From Pseudomonas phage LPPA33: a stretch of DNA of 38,820 bases. Each line of letters opens with the position of its first letter. Position 1 is the first letter of the stretch. Where the stretch lies: sequence record OR188720.1; one strand, written 5' to 3'. The notes under the pieces were generated by a model. It was not told the DNA's origin, made no database searches, and was given only the letters and a program-made list of their open reading frames with translations. Shown piece by piece: positions 1 through 9,693 of this stretch. The translations under genes and the position numbers were made by a program.

Positions 1-110
1 CCAAAGTCGGATCGTAGCCATGTCGTTCTGTGAGCCAAGGAGTTGTAGGCTCAGGTTGTCTTCCTAAGACCGCTTGGCCTCCGACTTGGTAATTCGAGCC
101 TCGTTCTCGC
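1..110. promoter_or_regulatory. Left-end cos region (cosB-like). Repeated AAGTCGGA-containing elements at 1-20 and, inverted, at 70-89, plus a 12-bp GGTAATTCGAGC repeat, in front of the small terminase gene. Probable terminase small-subunit binding sites.
   Basis: Seen in sequence: 70-89 is the exact reverse complement of 38801-38820. GGTAATTCGAGC occurs at 89-100 and at 38789-38800. Partial copies occur at 1-19 and 38751-38768. An A/T-rich stretch sits at 105-135. The position directly upstream of the Nu1-like gene parallels lambda cosB. Confidence 0.35.
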
Positions 111-164
111 TCTATATACGGGCATTTTTCACGACTTCCGTTTCCGGTTCCGGTTGGGTATCGC

Positions 165-692
165 ATGGCAACTCAGATCGAAGTGGCGAAGCACCTCGAT
201 CTCAGTGATCGCCAGGTGCGCAATCTCATCGCAGACGGTGTGCTGCCTGGCTCCAAGGGCAGGGGCGGGTTCGACGTGGATGCATGCCGGCTGGCCTATA
301 TCCGCTATCTGCGAGGACTCGGAAACGCTCAGGTCAAACCGGAAACGGCCCCAGACTCTGGCGACATAGACCCGCTGATCGAATACCGGCTCACTCAAGA
401 GCGCTTGCGGCTTACTGCGGCCCAGTCAGAGGCTCAGGAGCTAAAGAACGAAGTAACCAAGAAGCGGCTGATACCTGCTGAATTCATCACCTTCGCTTTC
501 GCAAAATTCATTCCGGCCGCCGGCTCGATATTCGATACGGTGGTCATGACGCTGCGGCGCCGTCACCCCGATCTCACTCCGGGGCAACTCGACTCGATTA
601 GCCGAGAGCTGACAAAGGCGCGCAACACTATCGCCCAGGCGGCAGATCGCCTACCGGAGTGGCATGACGAGTTTATCGACAGTGCAGATTGA
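165..692 (+). CDS. terS: Terminase small subunit, Nu1-like, with an N-terminal HTH.
   Basis: 175 aa. The N-terminus has HTH character (EVAKHLDLSDRQVRNLIADGVLPG) and resembles lambda Nu1. It is the first gene after the cos repeats and overlaps the large terminase start. Confidence 0.65.
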   Translation: MATQIEVAKHLDLSDRQVRNLIADGVLPGSKGRGGFDVDACRLAYIRYLRGLGNAQVKPETAPDSGDIDPLIEYRLTQERLRLTAAQSEAQELKNEVTKKRLIPAEFITFAFAKFIPAAGSIFDTVVMTLRRRHPDLTPGQLDSISRELTKARNTIAQAADRLPEWHDEFIDSAD

Positions 693-2619
693 GGCCTGCC
701 AGGCTGCTATGTCAGCCGGCTTACTGTCTCTGCGCCGAGACGCGCCTCAGACTCCTGTGGCATGGGCTGACGATAATTTTTACCTGTCCAGCGAATCTTC
801 CTACCAAGAAGGTCGCTGGGAGACGCTTCCCTACCAGGTTGCGATGCTCAACGCCATGGGCAACGACGAGATTCGAATCGTCAACGTGATCAAGTCTGCC
901 CGTGTCGGCTACTCCAAGATGCTGCTGGCGGCCTCGGCTTACCAGATTGAGCACAAGCGTCGGCATATCGCGTTCTTCGTGCCAGATGATGGTAGCGCCG
1001 ACCTGTTCATGAAGTCCGAGATCGAAACCATGATCCGGGACGTTGGCGCCGTCCGCGCGCTGGCGCCTTGGTGCGGCAAGAAGAGCCGGGACAACACGCT
1101 CGACATCAAGAAATTCAGCCATGGCAAGCAGTTGTGGTGCCGCGGCGGTAAGGCAGCGAAGAACTATCGAGCTATTTCTGCTGACACTGTCATCTATGAC
1201 GAATTGGCAGCCTTTGATCACGACATCGATAAGGAGGGGTCTCCTCTCGTCCTGGGTGACAAGCGGATTGAAGGCTCTACTTTTCCGAAATCGATCAGGG
1301 GCAGCACGCCTAAGCTGCGAGGTCCAATCGATCGAGGCGGATGCCAGATTGAGGGTGCTGTCCAGAAATCGCCACACTTGCTGCGCTATCACATTCCTTG
1401 CCCTCACTGTGGCGCAGAGCAGTATTTGAAGTGGGGCGGCAAGGATTGCGCCTATGGCATCAAGTGGGACCCTGAACAGCCTGAGGATGCCTGGTACGTG
1501 TGTGAGGCTACCGGATGCCTGATCCGCTACTCAGAGGCGCTTGAGGCGCAGTACAAGGCGCGATGGATTTGCGAAAAGACTGGAATCTGGACCCGGGATG
1601 GTTTCGACTTTTTCGATGCAGAGGGGGCGCCGATTCCTACCCCAGAGTCCATCAGCTTCCACATTTGGACAGCCTATAGCTTCTTCGTGACCTGGGGTCG
1701 GATTGCACAGGACTTCCTTCAGGCGAAGGGTAGTCGCAGCGACCTGAAGACCTTCGTCAACACAACCCTTGGCGAGACATGGGAGGAAGACCAGGGCGAG
1801 CGCGTCGAGTGGGACGTGCTGCTCGGGCGCCGCGAGGTCTGGCAAGGCGAGATACCGGCCCAGGCTGTGATCCTCACTGGCGGCGGCGACACGCAGGATG
1901 ATCGCTACGAGGGGAGAGTCTGGGCATGGGGGCCAAACGAAGAGTGCTGGCTGGTTTATCGCTTCGTGCTGATGGGTGATCCAGGTGGTGAAGAGCTGCG
2001 CCGCAAGCGCGATCTGGAACTGCACCGCCAATTCACTCGGAGCGACGGCCTCGTGATGAAAGTGGAGCGCTGGTGTTGGGATGCTGGCGGCCACTACATC
2101 GATCAAGTCTGCGACGACAGCAAGAAGAACGGCTTGCTTTGGATGATCCCCATCATCGGCGCGCCGGTTTACGGGAAGCCCATCGCCAGCTTCCCCACGA
2201 AACGCAACAAGCGAGGCGTGTACCTGACAACTGTCGGTACGGACAACGCCAAAGAGCTGTTCTACAGCCGTCTACGACTGCCCTTAGATGTGTCGAAGTC
2301 CCAGGCAGGCATTACCCAGCCCCAAGTAATCCATTTGCCGGCCAACGACCTTGTTTGCGACGAAATGGAGGTCAGGCAACTGACGTCCGAAAGCAAGGTG
2401 CTCAAGGTCGTCAAGGGTGTGCAGCAGTATCGCTGGGACAATCAGGGGCGCCGCAACGAAGCACTGGACTGTTTCGTGTACGCCCTGGCGGCTCTGCGAA
2501 TCAGCCAGCAACGTTTCGGTTTGGACCTGGAGCGGTTGGCCGCGGCAGGAGTTGAGGCGCTGTCGCCCACTACGGATGAGCGCCCGCGGGTGCAGTCCTC
2601 TTATTGGAAGAAAGCGTGA
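664..2619 (+). CDS. terL: Terminase large subunit, lambda gpA family.
   Basis: 651 aa, the same size and position as lambda gpA. An ATPase-type region and a C-terminal nuclease region are apparent, and it is immediately followed by a gpW-like gene. Confidence 0.85.
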   Translation: MTSLSTVQIEACQAAMSAGLLSLRRDAPQTPVAWADDNFYLSSESSYQEGRWETLPYQVAMLNAMGNDEIRIVNVIKSARVGYSKMLLAASAYQIEHKRRHIAFFVPDDGSADLFMKSEIETMIRDVGAVRALAPWCGKKSRDNTLDIKKFSHGKQLWCRGGKAAKNYRAISADTVIYDELAAFDHDIDKEGSPLVLGDKRIEGSTFPKSIRGSTPKLRGPIDRGGCQIEGAVQKSPHLLRYHIPCPHCGAEQYLKWGGKDCAYGIKWDPEQPEDAWYVCEATGCLIRYSEALEAQYKARWICEKTGIWTRDGFDFFDAEGAPIPTPESISFHIWTAYSFFVTWGRIAQDFLQAKGSRSDLKTFVNTTLGETWEEDQGERVEWDVLLGRREVWQGEIPAQAVILTGGGDTQDDRYEGRVWAWGPNEECWLVYRFVLMGDPGGEELRRKRDLELHRQFTRSDGLVMKVERWCWDAGGHYIDQVCDDSKKNGLLWMIPIIGAPVYGKPIASFPTKRNKRGVYLTTVGTDNAKELFYSRLRLPLDVSKSQAGITQPQVIHLPANDLVCDEMEVRQLTSESKVLKVVKGVQQYRWDNQGRRNEALDCFVYALAALRISQQRFGLDLERLAAAGVEALSPTTDERPRVQSSYWKKA

Positions 2620-2822
2620 TGACCTACACCCTGGAACAATACCAAGCTCTGAAAGGGTCGGTGGCGGAGGGGGCTCTGTCGGTTCGTTATGCGGATCGCA
2701 GCGTCACCTACCGGTCGGTTGAAGAGATGCTGCGCATCCTCCGGTTGATGGAGGATGAACTGGGGCTTTCTGCGAACAACGACGGCGGACGCCGCTACAC
2801 CTCTTTTTCTAAAGGCTACTGA
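2619..2822 (+). CDS. Head-tail joining / DNA stabilisation protein, gpW-like.
   Basis: About 67 aa with an ATG that overlaps the terminase stop. The size, position and sequence character (MTYTLEQYQALKG...) match lambda W. Confidence 0.6.
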   Translation: MTYTLEQYQALKGSVAEGALSVRYADRSVTYRSVEEMLRILRLMEDELGLSANNDGGRRYTSFSKGY

Positions 2823-2823
2823 C

Positions 2824-4350
2824 ATGAGCGTGTTCGAGACTTGGTTTCCCGGCCTGGCCGCGAGACGCGCCGAACTGCGCCTGAAGAAAATTCGCGCGGA
2901 GCTTTCGGCGGGTCTGCTGACTCGACGTTTCGAGGGAGCCGCGGGAGGGCGGCGCAATGAAGGTTGGCGCTCGGCGGGGACCGATGCCAATGCCGAGAAC
3001 GCCCCGGCGCTTGAGCGCTTGCGCAATCGCGCGCGGGATCTGCGCCGAAACAACCCTTACGCCGAGCGGGCGGTGGCAGGCATTGCTGACAACGTGGTGG
3101 GCGCGGGCGTGGTGCCCCGGCCCATGGCGCGCAGTGATCGAGCCAACAACAAGCTGGGCGCACTCTGGAGGGCCTGGGCCGAGACGTTGGCCTGCGACGC
3201 CGATGGATTGGAGAACTTTTATGGTCTGCAGCACAAGGTCATGGAGGCCATTGTCGAGGCTGGCGAATGTCTAGTCCGACGGCGGAAGCGCTTCAGTAGC
3301 GATGGCTTACCCGTACCGATGCAACTGCAAGTTCTGGAAGCGGATTTTCTCGATGAAGCGCGCAGTGGAAAGAATGGCAAGAACGAAATCATCCAGGGGG
3401 TGGAGTTCGATCCGGTGGGGCGGCGTGTCGCCTATTGGCTGTTCGACGAGCACCCCGGGGGTACGCTGGCAATGCGTTCGTTGGAGTCGAGGCGCATTCC
3501 CGCCGAGGACGTGATTCACGTTTTTCTGTCCAAGCGCCCTGGGCAGGCGCGCGGCTACAGCTGGCTGGCGCCGGTGATGCAGCGCATGCGCAGCTTCGAC
3601 GAGATGGAGGACGCGATCATGGAGCAGGCGAAGATCGCGGCGTGCTTCGCGGCCTTCGTCACCAAGGATGAGTCGATCGCGGGACTCGAACGAAAGAGGC
3701 CGCCGCTGATCGAGCGGATGGAGCCAGGGCTGATCCAGGAGTTGGGGACTGGCGAGAGCGTGAGCTTCGCGGCACCGCCGGTTTTCAACGGCTACTCAGC
3801 CTATTCGTGGCAGGCCCTGCATGCGATTTCCGTGGGGCTTGGAGTGCCGTACGAACTGCTGGCCGGCGACCTGAAGGGCGTCAACTTCTCCAGTGGCCGG
3901 ATGGGCTGGCTGCATTTCGCCCGGCGGGTGGATGTATGGCAGTGGCGGATGCTGATTCCGCAACTCTGCGAGCCGGTCTGGAAGTGGTTCATGGAGGCGC
4001 AAGCGTTGCTGCCTGGCGGCGTCCTGGAAGACGCCTTGTCTGAATGGGTACCGCCGCGGCGGGACATGGTGGATCCGAGTGCCGAGGTCAGCGTGATCAA
4101 GGATCGCCTGCGCCTTGGCCTGATCACGCCAGACGATGCGCTGCGCGAGATGGGCTACACCGACCCGGACGATGTGCTGACCCGTTATGCCGCCCACCTG
4201 TCGAAGGTGGATGAGCTCGGGCTGGTCTTCGACTACGACGCGCGCAAGGTCTCCAACGGGGGCCAGGCGCAAGCCAAACCGCAGGGGAGCAATTCCCAGC
4301 AAGCACCTGAAGAGACTTCAAAAGATGACGGCAATGACCCAGACGCATGA
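2824..4350 (+). CDS. Portal protein, lambda gpB family.
   Basis: About 509 aa. It follows the W-like gene as in lambda W-B. The first in-frame ATG after the W stop was used as the start. Confidence 0.8.
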   Translation: MSVFETWFPGLAARRAELRLKKIRAELSAGLLTRRFEGAAGGRRNEGWRSAGTDANAENAPALERLRNRARDLRRNNPYAERAVAGIADNVVGAGVVPRPMARSDRANNKLGALWRAWAETLACDADGLENFYGLQHKVMEAIVEAGECLVRRRKRFSSDGLPVPMQLQVLEADFLDEARSGKNGKNEIIQGVEFDPVGRRVAYWLFDEHPGGTLAMRSLESRRIPAEDVIHVFLSKRPGQARGYSWLAPVMQRMRSFDEMEDAIMEQAKIAACFAAFVTKDESIAGLERKRPPLIERMEPGLIQELGTGESVSFAAPPVFNGYSAYSWQALHAISVGLGVPYELLAGDLKGVNFSSGRMGWLHFARRVDVWQWRMLIPQLCEPVWKWFMEAQALLPGGVLEDALSEWVPPRRDMVDPSAEVSVIKDRLRLGLITPDDALREMGYTDPDDVLTRYAAHLSKVDELGLVFDYDARKVSNGGQAQAKPQGSNSQQAPEETSKDDGNDPDA

Positions 4351-6313
4351 GACGCCGATGCTGAGCCTGCGCGCCGCGGTGCGGCCGGGCTCCGTGGATA
4401 TCGAGAACCGAACCGCTGAACTGACCTGGACTACCGGGGCGAAGGGGCGGCGCTGGTCCTGGGATATCGGCGCGTACATGGAAGAACTGGAGGTGACGCC
4501 CGAGGCGGTTCGGTTGGACCGACTGAACAACGGCGCGCCGTTCCTGAACACCCACAGTGCCTGGGAGTTGGGTGACGTGGTTGGCGTCGTCGAGCGCGCC
4601 TGGTTGGAAGGGGGGGCGGGGCACGCGCTGGTCCGTTTCAGCAAGCGCGAGGATGTCGAGGCGATCTTCCAGGATGTGCGCGACGGCATCCTGCGCAATA
4701 TCAGCGTGGGCTATTCCGTCCATCGCTACGAGTTGATCGAGGCCCCTGACGACAAGCTTCCGACCTACAGGGCGGTGGATTGGGAGCCGATGGAACTCTC
4801 CCTTGTACCGATTGGATTCGACGATGGGGCGAAGGTGCGAAGCGCCAAGACTCCTGCCGACTACCAGGGCCAACGTTTCACCACCCTTTTCGAGACCCGG
4901 GAGGCCGAGACGCCGACCGAACAACCGGCCGCCGTGGCCAACCCAAGAGAGGAAAATGCAATGACCGAAGAAGAGAAACGCGCGGCCGAGGAGTCGATTC
5001 GCCGTGAAGCCGCCGAGGCTGAGCGCAAGCGCTGCCTGAGCATCCGCCAGATGGCGCGTAAGGTGGGGCTGGACGAGGAGGTGGCGGAGGACTTGATCTC
5101 GCGCGGCGTGACCCTGGAGCAGGCCAGCGCGGAACTGATCGACAAGCTGGCCGAGCGGCAGCAGTCCGAGCAGCCGGAAAGTCGTAGCGCGCACGCCGGC
5201 GTGACCAGCGACATCGACCTGTCGGTCGTTGCCGCCAAGCGCGAGGCGATGCAAAACGCCCTGCTGCATCGTTGCAACCCCAAGGTGAAGCTGGAGGAGG
5301 CCGCCCGCGAGTTTCGCGGCATGCGCTTGATCGACATGGCCCGCGAGTCCGTGGAACTGGTTGGGGGGAAGGTCCGTGGACTGACCCCGCAGGAAGTGGC
5401 TCGCGCCGCCCTGGGCTGTGACCGCCAGGCGTTCCGCGCGGCGGGCATGCACACTACCAGCGATTTCCCGCTGCTGCTGGGTGGCACCGTGAACCGCACC
5501 CTGCGTGAGGCCTACGCGCTGGCGCCGCAGACGTGGCGCCCGCTCGGCCGCCAGACCACCGTCCCGGACTTCCGCGAGGTCACCCGAGTGGCGCTGGGCG
5601 ATATCGCCGCGCTGGAGAAGGTCAACGAGCACGGGGAGTACAAGTACGGCTCACTGGGCGAAGAAGGTGCGCCGATCAAGGTAGCCAAGTTCGGCAAGAT
5701 CATCGCGATCACCTGGGAGGCGATCGTCAATGATGATCTCTCGGCGCTGACACGTATTCCGCAGGCGCTGGGCGCGGCGGCCGGCCAGACCGAATCGAAC
5801 CTGGTGTGGGATCTGCTGCTGGGTAATCCGAAGTTCGTCGATGGAGAGGACCTGTTCTCGGATGCGCACGGCAACGTCGCCGCCAGCGGCGGGCCGATCA
5901 ATACCGCCACACTGGCGGCCGCTCGTGCCGCGATGCGCAAGCAGAAGTCCAAGGCCGGGCATTTCCTCAACCTGGCGCCGGAGTTCCTGGTGGTGGGGCC
6001 GGACAAGGAACTGGAGGCCTTCCAGTTCACCAGTTCCAACTACGTGCCGGCGAAGAACGCCGACATCAACGACATCCGCAACGCCTCTCTGACGGTGATC
6101 GTCGATGCGCGCATTACGGGTAACCAGTGGTACCTGTACGCCGCGCCGGGCGTCGTTGACACCTTTGAGTATGCCTACCTGGAAGGCGAGCAGGGCGTCT
6201 TCACCGAGACCCGTGAGGGGTTCGAGGTGGACGGCATGGAGATCAAGGCGCGGCTGGTCTTCGGCGCGGCCTGGATCGACTACCGCGGGGCCTACAAGAA
6301 CGCCGGTAACTGA
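4325..6313 (+). CDS. Prohead protease - scaffold (delta) domain - HK97-fold major capsid protein, as one fusion protein.
   Basis: About 660 aa. The N-terminal third resembles a prohead protease. The middle is a charged coiled-coil (EEKRAAEESIRREAAEAERKR...). The C-terminal part resembles an HK97-fold major capsid protein. The start at 4325 overlaps the portal stop; ATG 4358 is an alternative. Confidence 0.7.
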   Translation: MTAMTQTHETPMLSLRAAVRPGSVDIENRTAELTWTTGAKGRRWSWDIGAYMEELEVTPEAVRLDRLNNGAPFLNTHSAWELGDVVGVVERAWLEGGAGHALVRFSKREDVEAIFQDVRDGILRNISVGYSVHRYELIEAPDDKLPTYRAVDWEPMELSLVPIGFDDGAKVRSAKTPADYQGQRFTTLFETREAETPTEQPAAVANPREENAMTEEEKRAAEESIRREAAEAERKRCLSIRQMARKVGLDEEVAEDLISRGVTLEQASAELIDKLAERQQSEQPESRSAHAGVTSDIDLSVVAAKREAMQNALLHRCNPKVKLEEAAREFRGMRLIDMARESVELVGGKVRGLTPQEVARAALGCDRQAFRAAGMHTTSDFPLLLGGTVNRTLREAYALAPQTWRPLGRQTTVPDFREVTRVALGDIAALEKVNEHGEYKYGSLGEEGAPIKVAKFGKIIAITWEAIVNDDLSALTRIPQALGAAAGQTESNLVWDLLLGNPKFVDGEDLFSDAHGNVAASGGPINTATLAAARAAMRKQKSKAGHFLNLAPEFLVVGPDKELEAFQFTSSNYVPAKNADINDIRNASLTVIVDARITGNQWYLYAAPGVVDTFEYAYLEGEQGVFTETREGFEVDGMEIKARLVFGAAWIDYRGAYKNAGN

Positions 6314-6384
6314 TCGGCAGAGTCAAGCTGAAGGGCGCCACGGGGCGCCCTTTGTGTTTCTACGCACTCCTTGCGAGGTAAATC

Positions 6385-6747
6385 ATGAAGACCTTCATCC
6401 AACATGGCGACATGCTCACCGTCCCCGCCCCCTCTGGTGGAGCAGTATCGGGCAAACTGTACAAGGTCGGCGCCATCCTCGGCGTGGCCGCAACCACCGT
6501 CACCGATGGGCAGCCCGTCGAGTTGAAAACGACCGGCGTGTTTGAGCTGCCTAAGGTGGCCGCCCAAGCGTGGGGCGTGGGTGATCCGCTGTACCTGGAC
6601 GCAGCCAGTGGCGATCTAACCAATGCGCCTGGCGCGGGCCTGGTCCTGGTGGGGCTGGCTACCGAGGCGGCTGCAAATCCCTCCGCGGTTGGCCGCTGCC
6701 GGCTCAATGGCGTTTCGGCTCCAGCTGCCGAGGGAGCGGGAGGCTAG
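6385..6747 (+). CDS. Capsid-associated small protein, DUF2190-like (putative decoration/cement protein).
   Basis: 120 aa, Gly/Ala-rich with a beta character, immediately after the capsid gene. SD is GAGGTAAATC before the ATG. Confidence 0.4.
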   Translation: MKTFIQHGDMLTVPAPSGGAVSGKLYKVGAILGVAATTVTDGQPVELKTTGVFELPKVAAQAWGVGDPLYLDAASGDLTNAPGAGLVLVGLATEAAANPSAVGRCRLNGVSAPAAEGAGG

Positions 6748-6751
6748 TCCC

Positions 6752-7072
6752 ATGGGCTGGGCCAACTGGCGGGATCGCCTACATCAGACGGTAATGAAGA
6801 CTTTCGCCGATGGGCGGGCGACTCACCAGAGCGCCTCTGGCGCGCCCCCGTCCTGCGGCTTCGAGGTCATCATTGATCACAACCTGATGATGGCGGGTCC
6901 GGAGGGCATGTTTCAGACAAACAAGATCGGGCTCAGTTGGCGCAAGATCGATCTGTCCGGCGCGAGTCGGGGTGACGTGTTCATCGTGGGCGGTCAGCGC
7001 TTCATGGTTGAAGAGATGGTTGCGGACGATGGGCACATCCTGACCGCCGCCTGCAGGAAGGACCTATGCTGA
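6752..7072 (+). CDS. Head-tail joining protein, lambda FII-like.
   Basis: 106 aa. It aligns by eye to the lambda FII C-terminal half (GDVFIVGGQRFMVEEMVADDGHILTAAC against GDTLTIGEENFWVDRVSPDDGGSCHLWL). SD GGGAGG is present. Confidence 0.6.
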   Translation: MGWANWRDRLHQTVMKTFADGRATHQSASGAPPSCGFEVIIDHNLMMAGPEGMFQTNKIGLSWRKIDLSGASRGDVFIVGGQRFMVEEMVADDGHILTAACRKDLC

Positions 7073-7539
7073 AACCCAACGTCTTGACCGTGGGGCGACG
7101 AGCGTTGCTCGCGCGCCTGCAAACGATCACCCCGGCCAACGGCTACCGCACGGATGCAGGTACCCGTGTGCTCTCCGGCTGGTTCAACGAACTGATCAAG
7201 GAGTGCAGGCAAGGATTCCCGCTGATCGTCGTTCAGCCGGCCAAGGAGCAGCCGCCGGAGCATCTCGACGCCGGCGTTCGCTTCCATCGTGGCTTCGACG
7301 TGGTGGGCGCGGTGCAAGGTGGGCATGACCACTATGAGGAGGCCCTGGAGGATCTACAGCTAGACCTTCTGGCGTGCCTGATGCCTGCCCCCAAGGGGCA
7401 GTTCCTGCGCTGGCTGCCCCGAGAGCGCGGCATTACCGGGCTGACGTTGGGGCCGCCTGAGCCGTACCCGCCGGGTGATGGAGTGGCCGCTGCCGTGATT
7501 CGAATCCCTGTCTATCTGAAAACCATCATCGAGGGGTAA
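7066..7539 (+). CDS. Tail completion / tail terminator protein (gpU/DUF3168-like).
   Basis: 157 aa, placed between the FII-like and major tail genes. SD is AGGAAGGA. The functional call is by position only. Confidence 0.35.
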   Translation: MLKPNVLTVGRRALLARLQTITPANGYRTDAGTRVLSGWFNELIKECRQGFPLIVVQPAKEQPPEHLDAGVRFHRGFDVVGAVQGGHDHYEEALEDLQLDLLACLMPAPKGQFLRWLPRERGITGLTLGPPEPYPPGDGVAAAVIRIPVYLKTIIEG

Positions 7540-7542
7540 CCC

Positions 7543-7737
7543 ATGAAGAGCGATCCCCAGGTGCCGGCCACGGTCGACGCCGCGCCTCCGGCTGCGCTGA
7601 ACAAAGCCGTCGAGGTCACCCTGGCAAAGGTGCATTGGCACCAGGGCGAGGAGAAGGCGGCCGGCGAAAAGATCAACGTCAGCCCTGACCAGGTTGAATT
7701 CCTGCGCCGCGAAGGCGTGATCAAGAAGGAGGCCTGA
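7543..7737 (+). CDS. Hypothetical small protein in the tail module.
   Basis: 64 aa with a good SD (GAGGGG, 7-nt spacing) and high GC3. Confidence 0.4.
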   Translation: MKSDPQVPATVDAAPPAALNKAVEVTLAKVHWHQGEEKAAGEKINVSPDQVEFLRREGVIKKEA

Positions 7738-7738
7738 T

Positions 7739-8491
7739 ATGGCTATCGAGAAAGAGACGTATGTGATCGGCGGACCCTTCAAGATCCGCGAGTCTGGCGC
7801 CACCGCACCCTTCCAGTTCGCTGGCCTGGTGTCCACTATCCAGCAGACCATCGAGACCAACGAGATCACTCTGCCGGATACCACCACCCCGCAGGGTGGT
7901 GAGTACGATGCCGTTTCGCGCATCACTTCGGTCGGGTTGTCGATCAACTTCCGCGAACTCAAGACCAGCATTCTGGCTGCCTTAGTGTGGGGGGACGCCA
8001 CCAACGTTCCTTCTGCCACCCATACCGATGAAGCGCACACCGCCGTTCCGGGAGGCACGATCGCGCTCGACTTCATGCCGCTGGAGATCACCAGCGTGAA
8101 GAGCGATGACGGCACTACGACCTACGAAGAGTTCGACGACTGGAACATGACCGGCGCCGGCATCGAAATCGTTGAAGGGGGTGCGATCTCTGCGGCCACG
8201 CCGATCAAGGTGACTTACAAGTCCGCCACCGTCGATGTGATCGAGGCGCTGACCAACAGCGGCAAGACGTTCGAATTCCTCTTCGAGGGCGAGAACGCCG
8301 CTGGTACTCAGCGTCGCATCCAGGCGCGCTATTTCCGGTGCCGCCTGAACCCGTCGAGCCAGCAGGATTGGATCAACACCGAAGACTTCCTGGCTGCCGA
8401 GGCCACTGCCAAGGTGCTGATGGACCCGACCAAGGTCGGCGCTGGAAAATCGAAGTACTTCAACATCAAGAAGGAACTGGCGACGGTGTGA
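7739..8491 (+). CDS. Major tail (tube) protein.
   Basis: 250 aa, a size like lambda V. SD is AAGGAGG. It lies directly upstream of the chaperone and tape-measure block. Confidence 0.6.
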   Translation: MAIEKETYVIGGPFKIRESGATAPFQFAGLVSTIQQTIETNEITLPDTTTPQGGEYDAVSRITSVGLSINFRELKTSILAALVWGDATNVPSATHTDEAHTAVPGGTIALDFMPLEITSVKSDDGTTTYEEFDDWNMTGAGIEIVEGGAISAATPIKVTYKSATVDVIEALTNSGKTFEFLFEGENAAGTQRRIQARYFRCRLNPSSQQDWINTEDFLAAEATAKVLMDPTKVGAGKSKYFNIKKELATV

Positions 8492-8572
8492 CGCCGTTCA
8501 TGCCCGGCAGGGACGCCGGATGTGGGCTCGCCCGCGTGGTGCTACAGTTGCGCCATTTAGGGAGGGGTTGAA

Positions 8573-9094
8573 ATGTACTCTAGGTCGCGCGGATTTTCCC
8601 TTATCGAGTTGATGGTTGTGGTCGTACTCTTGGCCGTTTTGGCATTCATGGCCGTTCCGAGCTTCAAGGCTATGCAGGAGGGGAACAACCATCTAGCCGG
8701 CAAAGAAGTTTTTCTCCAGCACCTGGAATTTGCCAGGTCCTATGCGCTGTCAAAAAAGACAACTGTCGAAGTCTGTGCAGAAAGTGGAGGGTGGACTGAC
8801 GGATATATCGTGCGCACAGATTCTGGTAAGACTGTTTTGCTTAAGGAAAATAAGTATAAGAACATCCATCCAGTTGGAGCGTGGAAAGGCTCTATGGAGT
8901 ATGGGTGTGTGCGATTCGTATCCAATGGGAGCGCACCCGCGGTGCCTGCCCCGACGGGGGAGTACTACGACTCTGGTTTCTTCGGTGGTGAAGAGCTGGA
9001 CAAGGCTGCTTGGCGGGTGACGTTCAAGCCGTCTGGCTGGAACTGCACTGAGAAAGATCCTAAAGACCCTAAGTGCGCCAAGAAACCAACCTGA
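8573..9094 (+). CDS. Type IV pilin-like protein (prepilin-type N-terminal methylation domain; FimT/GspH-like minor pilin or pseudopilin). A moron inside the tail operon.
   Basis: 173 aa. It has a short leader (MYSRSR), then the G|FSLIELMVVVVLLAVLAFMAVP class III signal with Glu+5 and a hydrophobic helix, and C-terminal Cys residues. The local GC is lower than in the flanking tail genes. SD is GGGAGGGG. Confidence 0.65.
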   Translation: MYSRSRGFSLIELMVVVVLLAVLAFMAVPSFKAMQEGNNHLAGKEVFLQHLEFARSYALSKKTTVEVCAESGGWTDGYIVRTDSGKTVLLKENKYKNIHPVGAWKGSMEYGCVRFVSNGSAPAVPAPTGEYYDSGFFGGEELDKAAWRVTFKPSGWNCTEKDPKDPKCAKKPT

Positions 9095-9165
9095 TCGCCG
9101 GCTTGTGTTCTTGGTAATGGCCTGTTGATGCTAAAGTGTGAAGCGGTTCCAATGGAGAGTCGCTT

Positions 9166-9693
9166 ATGACACGGATTTTTCCCGTTCTCGCCTTGCTTCT
9201 TGCGGTCAGTTCTGCCAGTGGGGCGACGGTCTTTAAGTGCGTCGGCCCTGACGGAAAAGTCACTTTTACCCAGCAGAATTGCCCTGACAACCAATCGCTG
9301 AACGATGTGGTTTCTGCCACCAACCAGCGCCCAAGCGGGTCAGGTGCCTCGGCTGTCATGGCCAAGCCCAAGCAGCCATCAGGTCGTACCTATAGAGGTA
9401 GTCACCAGGTCGGCAGCGGAGTGATCGTCGTCGGTGGTTCGTCGCCAAGCCCTACGTGTTCCACAGGACTATCTGAGCGTGACCTTCGCAAGGCCAAGGT
9501 CCAGGGCAAGGTCGTTCCTGGAATGTCCAGGGAGGACGTGGAAAGCATCTACGGGAAGGTGAACCGCAACGGCAGTACCGCCGGCGCGGGTGCTGTCACC
9601 TACTGGAATGACAAGTATGTTGACCAGACGACCGTTTCGTTTGATCGTAACGGATGCGTCCAGGGTTCATACCAATCGGGCCACAAGAACTAG
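9166..9693 (+). CDS. Secreted protein with a signal peptide, a DUF4124-like N-terminal domain and a BamE/SmpA-like C-terminal motif. Second gene of the moron cassette.
   Basis: 175 aa. The signal peptide is MTRIFPVLALLLAVSSASGA, followed by a VFKCVGPDGKVTFTQQNCP motif and a later ...VPGMSREDVESIYGKV motif. It is lower in GC than its surroundings and has SD GGAGAG. Confidence 0.45.
   Translation: MTRIFPVLALLLAVSSASGATVFKCVGPDGKVTFTQQNCPDNQSLNDVVSATNQRPSGSGASAVMAKPKQPSGRTYRGSHQVGSGVIVVGGSSPSPTCSTGLSERDLRKAKVQGKVVPGMSREDVESIYGKVNRNGSTAGAGAVTYWNDKYVDQTTVSFDRNGCVQGSYQSGHKN

Noticed and set aside
4124-5632. 502-aa minus-strand ORF antisense to the capsid fusion gene
   Set aside because: Typical spurious long ORF on the antisense strand of a high-GC gene. 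The protein is Arg/Ala/Gly-rich low complexity, and the sense gene has clear capsid or protease character.
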